Of a DNA stretch of 32,000 nt, positions 1 through 9,254 are shown piece after piece (the stretch's first letter is position 1; each line of letters opens with the position of its first letter). A model generated the notes under the pieces. The model did not search any database and had not been told where the DNA came from. It was given only the letters and a program-made list of their open reading frames with translations. Origin of the DNA: Opitutales bacterium (GTDB lineage Bacteria; Verrucomicrobiota; Verrucomicrobiia; Opitutales; PNEW01); assembly GCA_965219535.1 (NCBI GenBank), contig CBDCNV010000001.1, positions 360,001 to 392,000 of the forward strand, written 5' to 3'. Made by a program: the position numbers and the translations under genes.

Positions 1-734
1 TTTGAAATTTCTAAAAGTATTTTATGTAAACTCATATCTTCACCACCTAAAATGTAACGTTCACCGATCTTTCCCTTGTCAAAAGCAAGCAGGTGACCTT
101 GTGCAACGTCATCGACATGAACAATATTTAAACCCGTATTCACATAAACAGGAATCTTTCCGTTAATCGCATCGAGAATCATACGTCCCGTAGGTGTCGG
201 TTTTATGTCTCGTGGACCCACGGGTGTCGAAGGGTTAACAATAATGACGGGTAAATTTTCATTCTTAATTAAAGCATCTACTTCTTGTTCAGCCAGAAAT
301 TTTGAACGTTTGTAATGGCCGATCATATCATTGAGAGATACGGGAGTCGTTTCATCAGCAGGGGTTTCATCTTTATTTATACCGAGAGTTGCAACGCTGC
401 TCGTGTAGACGATACGCTGAGTACCGCATTGCGCAGCCGCGGTCATCAGATTACGAGTACCGTCGACATTGTGGTGGTAAATTTCCGAAGGATTCGGTAC
501 CCACAAACGATAGTCCGCAGCTACGTGGAATAAAGAATCGCAATCCTTTAAGGCCCTGAGGAGAGAGTCTCGATCAGTTAAATCTCCGATTACGATCTCA
601 ACGTCCAACCCATCGAGATTACGTTGATCGCTGTTTTGACGGATGAGGGCACGTACCTTTTGGCCTTCTTTAAGCAGCTGCCTGAGAACGGCAGAGCCTA
701 AAAAGCCGGTAGAACCTGTAATTAAAGTTGTCAT
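1..734 (-). CDS. hpnA: Hopanoid-associated NAD-dependent sugar epimerase/dehydratase (HpnA-like). It is partial because the C-terminus lies beyond the window start.
   Basis: My reverse-strand translation from the ATG at 734 reads MTTLITGSTGFLGSAVLRQLL... It has a Rossmann GxxGxxG motif and a YKRSK (YxxxK) catalytic motif. The frame stays open to position 1. The ORF track omits it because there is no stop in the window. It sits next to hpnG and shc. Confidence 0.8.
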   Translation of the reverse strand, partial: MTTLITGSTGFLGSAVLRQLLKEGQKVRALIRQNSDQRNLDGLDVEIVIGDLTDRDSLLRALKDCDSLFHVAADYRLWVPNPSEIYHHNVDGTRNLMTAAAQCGTQRIVYTSSVATLGINKDETPADETTPVSLNDMIGHYKRSKFLAEQEVDALIKNENLPVIIVNPSTPVGPRDIKPTPTGRMILDAINGKIPVYVNTGLNIVHVDDVAQGHLLAFDKGKIGERYILGGEDMSLHKILLEIS

Positions 735-908
735 CGATAAGTTTCCATTTCGATTTTCAGTCTGTTAAAAAATACTTTTTGGAGTCAAAGTGAGGACAGT
801 TGCGATTTCGATCAAGAGAGTTTCTCAATAGGCCCGGTGTTAAATAACATCATGTGCTTTGGAGCTGTTATTCGTCACTTATAACTTACCCTTCAATCAA
901 GTAAGAGC

Positions 909-1616
909 TTACTGACAAAGAAAATTGTTGGGAGAAATTTTTGCAACTTCCTTTAATGTTTTTTTGGCCGCTGAGAATTGATGTCCTAATTGTGCTAAAG
1001 CGATCCAATCGAGTGGGTGTAGCATTGCCTGTTTGATAAGAGAAAGTCTTCTTACTTGTCCACCGGTATCCAGCGAATTTAAAATACTTTGTGGAATTCG
1101 TCGATTACTGGTATCTGCGATTGCTCTAACCGTGAGAAAAATTAATTTATGTTTGTGCGCAACTTTGGCAATAGCCGCGCTCTCCATATCGACTGCTATC
1201 GCGCGCGATTTTTCATACAGCAAATTTTTCTCATCAGGATCAGCTATAATTTGACTACGTTCCAATAAACAATCCTTACGGGTATGTAATTTATCCGATA
1301 ATAGAGGGTATAGACGATTATGCCAATCTCTGTCTACTGGTAATACAATTCCACTTTCACATTGAATTTGCTCAGGAAGAAGGAGACTCCCCGCTTCAAG
1401 TTCACTCGTTAACCCTGCTGCGCAGCCCCAGCTAAGCAGGGCACTTACACCTTGCTCAACTAATTGTGTCGCCGCTTCACCAGCGCGTTCAGGACCAGCT
1501 CCAGAAAGAAAGAGAGTGACGTCATCTTTTAAATTTAAAGAACTGCCGCTTTCAATTGTCTGGTTGCTAAGACTCTTTAGTTCTTCAGACAGTGCTACGA
1601 TAATTCCCAGTTTCAC
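909..1616 (-). CDS. hpnG: Hopanoid-associated phosphorylase/nucleosidase of the PNP/MTAN family (HpnG-like)
   Basis: The DMESAAIA motif is typical of PNP/UDP-1 family nucleosidases. The track ORF is 909..1661, but a GTG at 1616 gives the N-terminus (M)KLGIIVALSEE, which matches the MKIGIIGAMEEE-type start of MTA/SAH nucleosidases. That GTG overlaps the shc TGA stop as GTGA. Confidence 0.8.
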   Translation of the reverse strand: MKLGIIVALSEELKSLSNQTIESGSSLNLKDDVTLFLSGAGPERAGEAATQLVEQGVSALLSWGCAAGLTSELEAGSLLLPEQIQCESGIVLPVDRDWHNRLYPLLSDKLHTRKDCLLERSQIIADPDEKNLLYEKSRAIAVDMESAAIAKVAHKHKLIFLTVRAIADTSNRRIPQSILNSLDTGGQVRRLSLIKQAMLHPLDWIALAQLGHQFSAAKKTLKEVAKISPNNFLCQ

Positions 1617-3580
1617 AAGCTTCCCGCTGAGAGAAGAGTTTTGTAACGTGCGAGGGCCCATAGCGGAAAGTACTTATCGTAACCATGGTACTTTAAATAA
1701 AATACGCGGGAAAACCCCGGTGCCGTGAATTCCTCATCATCCCAAAGTCCGGATGGAGTTTGCGTGCTCAGCAAGAAATCTATGCCCCGTTCCGTCTCAA
1801 GGGTATTACCTTCTCCGGCCGCCATTAGTCCGAGAAGTGCCCATGCGGTCTGGAAAGAATTACTTCTCGACGCTTGTCCGCGAGAGCTGATGTCTGCATA
1901 AGAATCATTACTTTCACCCCATCCGCCGTCATCGCGCTGTTTGGATTTTAGCCAGCTGGCGGCCTTCCGCATGAGCGGATCGTCGCCGCCAATCCCTGCT
2001 TCTTCCAAAGCGATGAGAACAGACCATGTCCCATAAATATAATTCGTGCCCCATCTTCCAAACCAGGATCCATCTTCCTCCTGTTCGTCCTTTAAAAATG
2101 TCAGACAGGCCTGTAATACCTTCTGATAATTGCTATCCTTAGATGGAGATCGAGACAGCAACATGAGACAGCGGGCGCTCACGTCACTTGTTGGCGGGTC
2201 CAATAATGCACCGTGGTCAGCGAATGGAATTTCATTAAGGTAATAATGGTCATTATCTGCGTCAAAGGATGCAAATCCGCCATTACGTGATTGCATTCCC
2301 GCTATCCAATCCATCGCGCGCTGTGCAGATTCCCGAAACCGGTCATCCCCATTTTTTAACATCGCATAAGCAACTACAGCAGTATCGTCGAGGTCCGGAT
2401 AATGGCTATTATAAAACTGAAACCCCCAACCACCACCTGGCAATGAAGGTCGGTATTCCTGCCAATCACCGGGGTCTTCCAAGAGCTGCTTTTCTGTTAA
2501 CCAATCCAGCGCCTTATTTACCGCATTTATATTTTCCTCACCCTGGCATTCGAGGAGGGTGAGACAGGCGAGACCCGTATCCCAAACTGGAGAAACACAG
2601 GGTTGGCAGTAAGCTATTTCATCCCCTACAACGAGCAGTCTATTCACTGCGTCACGAGCGGTGACACAATAGGAATGATCCTTCGGGTAACCTAGAGATA
2701 CCAACGCCTCATAAGCATTAACCATGGCGGGAAAAATTGCTCCCAACCCTCCGGTACCATTCAAACGTTCGATCATCCAGGCTTCCGCTTTTTTAAGGGC
2801 ACGATTGTGTATCGCCCTGGGGATAAAGGGACCGAACAATCGCACCATACTATCGAGGAGCAGAAAAACGTAATTTAGCGGTGAGCGAACGGGGAAATAA
2901 TTTTTCTCTTCATAGGGTGGGGTAAGAAAAAGTTCAGAGATAGAAATATTGCGTGGGTTTTTAGCTTTTGGCTTATAATGATAAAGGATGAGAAGAGGGA
3001 CCATAACGGTTCTGGACCAGTAGGATATCTTCAATAGATGAAAAGGAAACCAGCGCGGTAAAAGCATGCACTCTACCGGTAAGCAGGGAACACCTCTCCA
3101 TGGTATTTGCTCAAATAAAGCTAAGGTTATCCGCGTAAATACATTGCTACGAGCAGCGCCACCCCAGGAATGAATCGCATCTCGCGCCTTTTTCATGTGT
3201 GATTCTTCCGGTTTGTCACCTATTAGTTTTAAGGCATAGTAGACTTTTACGGTACAACTGATGTTTCCTACACCGCCTAGATATAGCGGCCAGCCTCCCT
3301 CTGGCAACTGATGGTCGCGAAGGTAAACACCAATCTTGTTTTGCAATTCTACATCTACTTCATCCATGTAATGCATCATTATTACATACTCAGCGGGAAT
3401 TGTAGCGTCGGCTTCCAATTCGAAACACCAGTACCCATCGTGATGTTGGAGACCAAGTAATGCTTGAAGGCCGTGATCAATGGATTTTGATATTAAATCA
3501 TACCTGGATTTTGAAGTGACAATGTTACCTCCTGCATCGGTTGTGTTTCGAGCAGTTTCACTCGTGAATGGGGTGGGCAT
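1613..3580 (-). CDS. shc: Squalene-hopene cyclase
   Basis: The protein is 655 aa. It has the DxDD protonation motif (YPDLDDTAVV) and several QW-type repeats (e.g. KQRDDGGWGES, EDGSWFGRWG). The hopanoid gene context agrees. Confidence 0.95.
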   Translation of the reverse strand: MPTPFTSETARNTTDAGGNIVTSKSRYDLISKSIDHGLQALLGLQHHDGYWCFELEADATIPAEYVIMMHYMDEVDVELQNKIGVYLRDHQLPEGGWPLYLGGVGNISCTVKVYYALKLIGDKPEESHMKKARDAIHSWGGAARSNVFTRITLALFEQIPWRGVPCLPVECMLLPRWFPFHLLKISYWSRTVMVPLLILYHYKPKAKNPRNISISELFLTPPYEEKNYFPVRSPLNYVFLLLDSMVRLFGPFIPRAIHNRALKKAEAWMIERLNGTGGLGAIFPAMVNAYEALVSLGYPKDHSYCVTARDAVNRLLVVGDEIAYCQPCVSPVWDTGLACLTLLECQGEENINAVNKALDWLTEKQLLEDPGDWQEYRPSLPGGGWGFQFYNSHYPDLDDTAVVAYAMLKNGDDRFRESAQRAMDWIAGMQSRNGGFASFDADNDHYYLNEIPFADHGALLDPPTSDVSARCLMLLSRSPSKDSNYQKVLQACLTFLKDEQEEDGSWFGRWGTNYIYGTWSVLIALEEAGIGGDDPLMRKAASWLKSKQRDDGGWGESNDSYADISSRGQASRSNSFQTAWALLGLMAAGEGNTLETERGIDFLLSTQTPSGLWDDEEFTAPGFSRVFYLKYHGYDKYFPLWALARYKTLLSAGSL

Positions 3581-3644
3581 CTATTCGTAGTATAAAAAAA
3601 ATTTAAGTGCAGTCCTGTTTCAAATAATAGGCGATTTCCAAAAA

Positions 3645-4736
3645 TTACTTTTCGCTTGCTACGTAGGGCAGGCGCATTCCCGCCAAATAAAAGAGTAATT
3701 TAAGCATTTGATTGCTTCTCACCGTAAGATGGGTCGCGAGAATGGTCCCCTTTACGCTTAAGCGTGAAATTTTAACATCTACTCCACTAGTAAATTGCCG
3801 GTTATAATTTATTTTCCGTAAAGTTAAAATAGCCATACCGATATTCCACAAACAGAATTTTCGGATCCCCTTTTCAGTTTTAGGAATAAGCATTACGTAT
3901 TGGAGTGCGTTTTCTAAATGCATATGGGCAATACCGATCAAGTGGCCTAATCCTTTTGAAAAATTTTCATCTGTGTGAATAGTCGTCAGGTTTTTAAGAT
4001 CTACCCCTTCTTTCGCAAAAATATCTTGAGGTAACCAGCAGGTTGATCGACTGTTATCTTCCCAGATATCTTTAAGAATGTTCGTCATCTGTAATCCCTG
4101 ACCAAAAGAAACAGAGAGCGTTAACATTCGATCTCGATTCAGCGCGATAGCGGATGAATAATGACAAAATATCTTTGTCAACATTTCACCGACGACGCCC
4201 GCAACACAATAACAATAACTATCGAGTTCCTTAATATTTTGTAATCCATAGGATCGTTTATCAATTTGGAAATGGACCATACCTTCCGCCATGATATGAA
4301 CGCATTGTTCAAGTGCATCCTTGTTTTTTTTATCAAAACTCTGTGTAATCTTAATTACTCGAGGGGTCTGATTTATCAGTTCGTGTTCTTCCGGGATCGT
4401 TGCGCTCGATAGCCGTTTAGAAAGCTCATGCGCAAAATCTATTGCTTCTGCTTTTCCCGCTATAACATTTTCAAATTGTTTGCAAAAGAGCTGTTTCTCC
4501 TCACCGGTTAAAGCGGGTTCATCTTCTATCGTGTCGACTATGCGACACAAAAGATAGGCGTTCGCTATGATATATAATAAATCAGAGGGTAATAATGGAA
4601 TTGTTAAAGCAAAGGTTCGAGAAACACCCTGGAGCAAATAAGCTTGAAGTTCACGGTCGCTTAATTGTGAAAAATCAGGTTTTAAAGCTGAAACCTCACG
4701 ATAGCGAAGATCAGAATTTAATGCGGTATCAGTCAA
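3645..4736 (-). CDS. sqs: Single-enzyme squalene synthase (farnesyl-diphosphate farnesyltransferase) of the squalene/phytoene synthase family
   Basis: The protein is 363 aa. It has SRTFALTIP and YCYCVAGVVGEM motifs and aspartate-rich DTIED-type segments, as in the SQS/PSY family. Its length and N-terminal motif fit SQS better than the shorter HpnC/HpnD. The only in-frame start after the upstream stop at 4758..4760 is the TTG at 4736. Confidence 0.7.
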   Translation of the reverse strand: MTDTALNSDLRYREVSALKPDFSQLSDRELQAYLLQGVSRTFALTIPLLPSDLLYIIANAYLLCRIVDTIEDEPALTGEEKQLFCKQFENVIAGKAEAIDFAHELSKRLSSATIPEEHELINQTPRVIKITQSFDKKNKDALEQCVHIMAEGMVHFQIDKRSYGLQNIKELDSYCYCVAGVVGEMLTKIFCHYSSAIALNRDRMLTLSVSFGQGLQMTNILKDIWEDNSRSTCWLPQDIFAKEGVDLKNLTTIHTDENFSKGLGHLIGIAHMHLENALQYVMLIPKTEKGIRKFCLWNIGMAILTLRKINYNRQFTSGVDVKISRLSVKGTILATHLTVRSNQMLKLLFYLAGMRLPYVASEK

Positions 4737-4976
4737 TTTTGGATAATCCTTGTTGAATTAAGGTAGGACAAAGACGCCAAAAGCTTAAAACTTATATTGA
4801 ATCGCTCTGCACAGAGCTGCTATATACCTCGAATAGTATTTTCAATAACATTTCGCTGATAATTTATGTCAAGTCATTATCTTTCAATATATTTATGGAA
4901 TTCCAACATTGACCGTGGAGGTATTAGTCACTTACATTGAATATTGAATTTTTATAAAGTATTATACTAAGCGAAT
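4737..4976. promoter_or_regulatory. Divergent intergenic control region between sqs and ispH
   Basis: This is a 240-bp AT-rich gap between divergently oriented first genes of the two hopanoid gene strings. Promoters for both are expected here. I could not place a convincing -35/-10 pair. Confidence 0.35.
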
Positions 4977-5936
4977 ATGGATGTTGTATTAGCACAGCCG
5001 CGTGGATTCTGCGCAGGTGTCTACCGAGCGATTGAAATCGTTGAAAGAGCTCTCGAAATTTATGGGCCTCCGGTATACGTCTTGCATGAGATTGTTCATA
5101 ATCAACGTGTAGTTGAAGATCTGAAATCACGGGGGGCGATATTTACCGAGGATTTGAACGATGTTCCCCACGGTTCAAACCTGATATTCAGCGCGCATGG
5201 AGTCGCGACCGAAAAATCAAAACAAGCGCGTGAGCGTAATCTCAATATTATTGATGCCACTTGCCCATTGGTGACAAAGGTTCATCGGCAGGTCGAGCAA
5301 CACGCCAAGCGCGCGCGGGAAGTGATTCTCATCGGACATGAAAGACATGTTGAAGTAAATGGAACGATGGGGCATTATGACAAGAAATGGGGAGGAAACA
5401 TATACCTTGTAGAATCGGTTGATGATGTGGCAAAACTCCAGGTTAAAAATCCTTCAGAATTAGCTTATGAAACACAGACTACGCTTTCAATAGATGATAC
5501 GAGACAGATAATTAATGCATTGAGAAAGCGATTTCCCGCTATCGGCGGTCCGCGTAAAGATGATATCTGTTACGCAACTCAGAATCGGCAGACGGCAGTA
5601 AAACAAATGATGGACGATATCGATTTACTTATAGTCGTCGGCGCGCGAAACAGTTCCAATTCCACTCGTTTGCGAGAAGTCGGTGAGAAAAATGGACTCG
5701 AAGCCTATCTAGTACAAGATGCTGAGGATCTGGATAAATCATGGTTTAATAAAAGCCCTCGTGTGGGTTTAACTGCGGGTGCCTCGGCGCCGGAAGTGCT
5801 TGTTCAGGAAGTTCTCGATAAACTACAGCAATTTGGTGTTTCTAATATAATTGACATGGAAAGCGAACCCGAGGGAGTCACTTTTCCCTTGCCTTTGTCT
5901 CTTAGAAAAAATGGCTTAGTAAAAAATGACAGCTAA
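4977..5936 (+). CDS. ispH: 4-hydroxy-3-methylbut-2-enyl diphosphate reductase (MEP pathway)
   Basis: The N-terminus PRGFCAGVYRAIEIVE, ATCPLVTKVH and DICYATQNRQ supply the three conserved cluster cysteines. The length is 319 aa. Confidence 0.93.
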   Translation: MDVVLAQPRGFCAGVYRAIEIVERALEIYGPPVYVLHEIVHNQRVVEDLKSRGAIFTEDLNDVPHGSNLIFSAHGVATEKSKQARERNLNIIDATCPLVTKVHRQVEQHAKRAREVILIGHERHVEVNGTMGHYDKKWGGNIYLVESVDDVAKLQVKNPSELAYETQTTLSIDDTRQIINALRKRFPAIGGPRKDDICYATQNRQTAVKQMMDDIDLLIVVGARNSSNSTRLREVGEKNGLEAYLVQDAEDLDKSWFNKSPRVGLTAGASAPEVLVQEVLDKLQQFGVSNIIDMESEPEGVTFPLPLSLRKNGLVKNDS

Positions 5937-5961
5937 GTTCATGGCAAAATAAAGTAAAAAA

Positions 5962-7026
5962 ATGGGTGTACCACTGCGTCAACAATATAGCGTAGCACGT
6001 TATATTATAAGTAAGAAACTCCGTCGTGAGAAACGGTATCCGCTGGTTCTAATGCTCGAACCGCTCTTTCGTTGCAATCTTGCATGTGCCGGGTGCGGTA
6101 AAATCGATTATCCCGACGAAATTCTCAACCGTCGCATGTCGGTTAAAGAATGTATGGAAGCGATCGACGAATGCGGAGCCCCCATCATCTCAATTGCCGG
6201 AGGAGAACCTCTCGTACATAAAGAATTACCCGATATTGTGAGTGGTTTTATTAAGAAGAAGAAATTTGTTTATTTATGTACCAATGCGGTGCTACTTAAA
6301 AAGCGCATAGAGGATTACACACCCTCGCCTTATTTGACTTTTTCTATCCATCTCGATGGTAACCGAGCACGGCATGACACCTCCGTTTGCAAGACGGGCG
6401 TCTTTGACCAGGCGGTAGACGCGATAAAACTGGCGGTTGGTAAAGGTTTTCGTGTCAATATTAACTGTACCCTATTTCAGGGGGAAACGGGAGCTGAAGT
6501 AGCTGAGTTCCTCGATTATGTTATGACCCTGGGTATCGAAGGCGTGACGATGTCACCCGGATTCAGTTATGATCACGCACCGCAACAGGAAGTTTTCATG
6601 CAGCGCAATGCGAGTAAGCAACTTTTTAGAGATATATTTAAAAATGGTGTGGGTAGGAAATGGCGACTTAATCATTCCACACTGTTTCTTGAATTTCTCG
6701 CAGGTAATGAAACCTATCATTGTACTCCATGGGGAAATCCAACGCGCAATGTTTTTGGGTGGCAACGCCCCTGTTACTTATTGGTAGATGAGGGTTACGC
6801 TCCTGATTTCAAGTCGTTAATGGAAGATACCAATTGGGATAAATACGGTACCGGGAAAAACCCCAGCTGTGCTAATTGTATGGCCCATTGTGGTTATGAG
6901 CCCACTGCTGTTAACGACACCTTTGCCCATCCAATTAAAGCATTAAGAAAATTTATTCAGGGTCCAAGGACAGAGGGCCCGATGGCCCCGGAACTTCCGA
7001 TCCAATATGGGGTGGAGTCTAATTAG
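5962..7026 (+). CDS. hpnH: Hopanoid-associated radical SAM protein (adenosylhopane synthase, HpnH-like)
   Basis: It has the CNLACAGC (CxxxCxxC) radical SAM motif and a C-terminal cysteine-rich region (CANCMAHCGYE). The hopanoid context agrees. Confidence 0.9.
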   Translation: MGVPLRQQYSVARYIISKKLRREKRYPLVLMLEPLFRCNLACAGCGKIDYPDEILNRRMSVKECMEAIDECGAPIISIAGGEPLVHKELPDIVSGFIKKKKFVYLCTNAVLLKKRIEDYTPSPYLTFSIHLDGNRARHDTSVCKTGVFDQAVDAIKLAVGKGFRVNINCTLFQGETGAEVAEFLDYVMTLGIEGVTMSPGFSYDHAPQQEVFMQRNASKQLFRDIFKNGVGRKWRLNHSTLFLEFLAGNETYHCTPWGNPTRNVFGWQRPCYLLVDEGYAPDFKSLMEDTNWDKYGTGKNPSCANCMAHCGYEPTAVNDTFAHPIKALRKFIQGPRTEGPMAPELPIQYGVESN

Positions 7027-7239
7027 TCGTTCCAGGCCATATTACAATAGCCATAAAGTAAAGGGGACAAAAGTTTTCCCAGGGAAAACAAGGTGAGGGT
7101 GACACTGCATAGGAATGCTAACGGTCCCTTGTATAAATAAGTATAGTATCTCATTCTCATCTCAGGTAGTTTAGGATTTTATCTACAAATCCTTGTCTAA
7201 CCTTAAGGGATCGTTCAATGATCAATCCTATTTTTCAAG

Positions 7240-8373
7240 ATGGAGACTTTTACAATTATTCTCGCGGGAAGTGCCCTGCTTATTTGGTTCGTTATTTTAT
7301 TATTACCTTGGCAACCATGGAAAACAGGCGAGATATTTAATGCACATAAATCAGAAATTGATCCGGAACTGGGGGACGTTACTGTACTTATCCCCGCTCG
7401 CAATGAAGCAGCTGTAATTAAACGTACGCTCCAATCTGTCATCAATCAAGGGAGCGGGATAAATATTATACTCGTTGATGATGAATCAACGGATGGGACA
7501 GCTGACATCGCTCGAAATGAAGACAGAGAAAGCATGCTAATCATTAGCGGTCAGCCACTACCTGAAGGGTGGGTGGGTAAACTCTGGGCCATGGAACAAG
7601 GGCGTAAAGAAATAAATACGGATTATACGGTATTGCTGGATGCCGACATTGAATTGGGCCCGGGAGTTGTTAATAAAATGCGGGAGACCTTGATTAATAA
7701 GGACATACATTTCATGTCCTTGATGGTAACACCATCGATGTTAAGCTATTGGGAGAAACTATTAATGCCCGCCTTTGTCTATTTCTTCAAACTTCTCTAT
7801 CCCTTTCGGTTGGCGAATACCCCTAAATCTAAGGTGGCCGCCGCCGCAGGTGGGTGTATACTTATGCATACTGAAATATTCGAAAAGATTGATGGTTTTA
7901 AATCGATTAAAGGAGAATTGATCGACGATTGCTCCCTTGCTTCTCGAGTAAAATCATCAGGTTATAGAACATGGATAGGATTAACTCAATCGGTTCGTAG
8001 TGTTCGACCATACCGGAACTTACAGGATATTTGGGATATGGTAGCACGTACTGCTTTTACCCAATTGCGCTATTCGGTCGTTTTATTACTCCTGACATCC
8101 GCAATCATGGTTTTAGTCTATTTCGTTCCCATCGTTATCCTCGTTACTTCTTCAGGGCTTGCCCGGTATCTCGCTGTCGGTGCTTTGCTGGGCATGCTTT
8201 TAACATATTTACCAACCCTTAATTTTTATCATAGATCAAAGATCTGGGCATTTTCATTGCCCTTAATTGGACTCTTATACTTGGCGATGACTTGGCACTC
8301 AGCTTTACGCTATTGGAAGGGGGTACGATCTCAATGGAAAAGTAGAGTCTATAAATCCACCGTTATTAAATGA
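7240..8373 (+). CDS. hpnB: Family-2 glycosyltransferase, membrane-anchored (HpnB-like)
   Basis: It has an N-terminal TM helix, the GT2 motifs LVDDESTDGT and LLDADI (DxD), and C-terminal TM helices. It lies directly downstream of hpnH. Confidence 0.75.
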   Translation: METFTIILAGSALLIWFVILLLPWQPWKTGEIFNAHKSEIDPELGDVTVLIPARNEAAVIKRTLQSVINQGSGINIILVDDESTDGTADIARNEDRESMLIISGQPLPEGWVGKLWAMEQGRKEINTDYTVLLDADIELGPGVVNKMRETLINKDIHFMSLMVTPSMLSYWEKLLMPAFVYFFKLLYPFRLANTPKSKVAAAAGGCILMHTEIFEKIDGFKSIKGELIDDCSLASRVKSSGYRTWIGLTQSVRSVRPYRNLQDIWDMVARTAFTQLRYSVVLLLLTSAIMVLVYFVPIVILVTSSGLARYLAVGALLGMLLTYLPTLNFYHRSKIWAFSLPLIGLLYLAMTWHSALRYWKGVRSQWKSRVYKSTVIK

Positions 8374-8505
8374 AATGAATTATTCCATTTATGGTTTAAT
8401 TATAAAATATTCATTACAAAATTGTCATGTGTAATTATATGATCGAATATTTGCTTTAATTAATACTCCTATAGATAGTATTGTTTTTAATAAAGAAACT
8501 AGAAG

Positions 8506-9195
8506 GTGCGAAAAATTTTAAAATATTTAAAAGACAGGTCATATTGTGACCATAATCTTTCGACTCTCTGGCCTGTTTTTTTACTGCTAATCTGTCTCTT
8601 TACAAGTTTACTATTCCATACTTTCCTTCACGCGCAGTCGAATACAGAACCTGGCGCTGTTGTTGGCGAACTGCAGTCGACTTTGATAGAAGTAATGAAA
8701 AAAGGTCCTGAAATTCTATATTCGGGGCGATATGAACGGCTCGAGCCAATCATTAACAACACCCATCAGATCCCCTATATCGCTCGTCTTACGGTCGGTA
8801 AATATTGGGGAGAAATGAGCGACGATGATAAGGATTTATTTCAAAGTACTTTCGGTAAAATGGTGGTCTCGAACTATGCTTCCAGATTTAATAATCATAA
8901 AGGTGAATATTTCAAGTTTGTGTCAGAAGAATCCATGAAACGTGGGATGATTGTATTGATATTTGATCTGTATTGGGCCAACGGTATAGATTCTACTCGA
9001 TTCAACTACATCTTGCGCCAATTCGATGGCAAATGGAAGATCGTGAACATTATTGTTAAAGGAGTTAGCGATCTGGCACTGAAGCGGGCGGAGTTTACCA
9101 GTGTTATTGAAAACGAAGGGTTGGAAAAACTCTTAGAGAGAATAACCAATAATACGGATGAAATTCGGCTTAAACATGAAGAACAAGGAACATAA
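8506..9195 (+). CDS. hpnM: Periplasmic MlaC/Ttg2D-like lipid-binding protein (HpnM-like)
   Basis: It has an N-terminal signal peptide ending LHA-QS. The mature-domain wording (ARLTVGKYW, FGKMVVSNYASRF, GKWKIVNIIVKGVSD) is typical of the toluene-tolerance Ttg2D/MlaC family. The start is a GTG and is uncertain. Confidence 0.7.
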   Translation: MRKILKYLKDRSYCDHNLSTLWPVFLLLICLFTSLLFHTFLHAQSNTEPGAVVGELQSTLIEVMKKGPEILYSGRYERLEPIINNTHQIPYIARLTVGKYWGEMSDDDKDLFQSTFGKMVVSNYASRFNNHKGEYFKFVSEESMKRGMIVLIFDLYWANGIDSTRFNYILRQFDGKWKIVNIIVKGVSDLALKRAEFTSVIENEGLEKLLERITNNTDEIRLKHEEQGT

Positions 9196-9254
9196 TTTCA
9201 GTATCAACATCATCAATGTTGCTGTTGAATTGGCACTGAAAATTTTTTTATCCC

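Noticed and set aside
315-2562. Plus-strand ORFs 315..533, 1033..1254, 1516..1728 and 2269..2562
   Set aside because: Each lies entirely inside and antisense to hpnA, hpnG or shc. They are low-complexity with no motifs, so they are treated as spurious.
4937-4968. A sigma70-like promoter for ispH: tandem TTGAAT hexamers at 4937 and 4944 with TATACT at 4963..4968
   Set aside because: The spacers would be 20 and 13 bp, neither near 17 bp. The resulting transcript would be essentially leaderless. Only the intergenic region as a whole is reported.
7027-7239. The 213-bp hpnH-hpnB spacer as a riboswitch or ncRNA, based on small hairpins GTTTTCCC/GGGAAAAC and AGGATT/AATCCT
   Set aside because: There are only short isolated stems, with no recognisable conserved riboswitch core and no terminator-antiterminator pairing that I could build.
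9196-9249. An intrinsic terminator between hpnM and the mlaA-like gene: TTTCAGT...ACTGAAA outer stem, CAACAT/ATGTTG inner stem, then a T7 run
   Set aside because: The stems are short, AT-rich and interrupted by a large asymmetric loop. The element ends 5 nt before the next start codon. At best it is a weak attenuator, so it is not reported as a feature.
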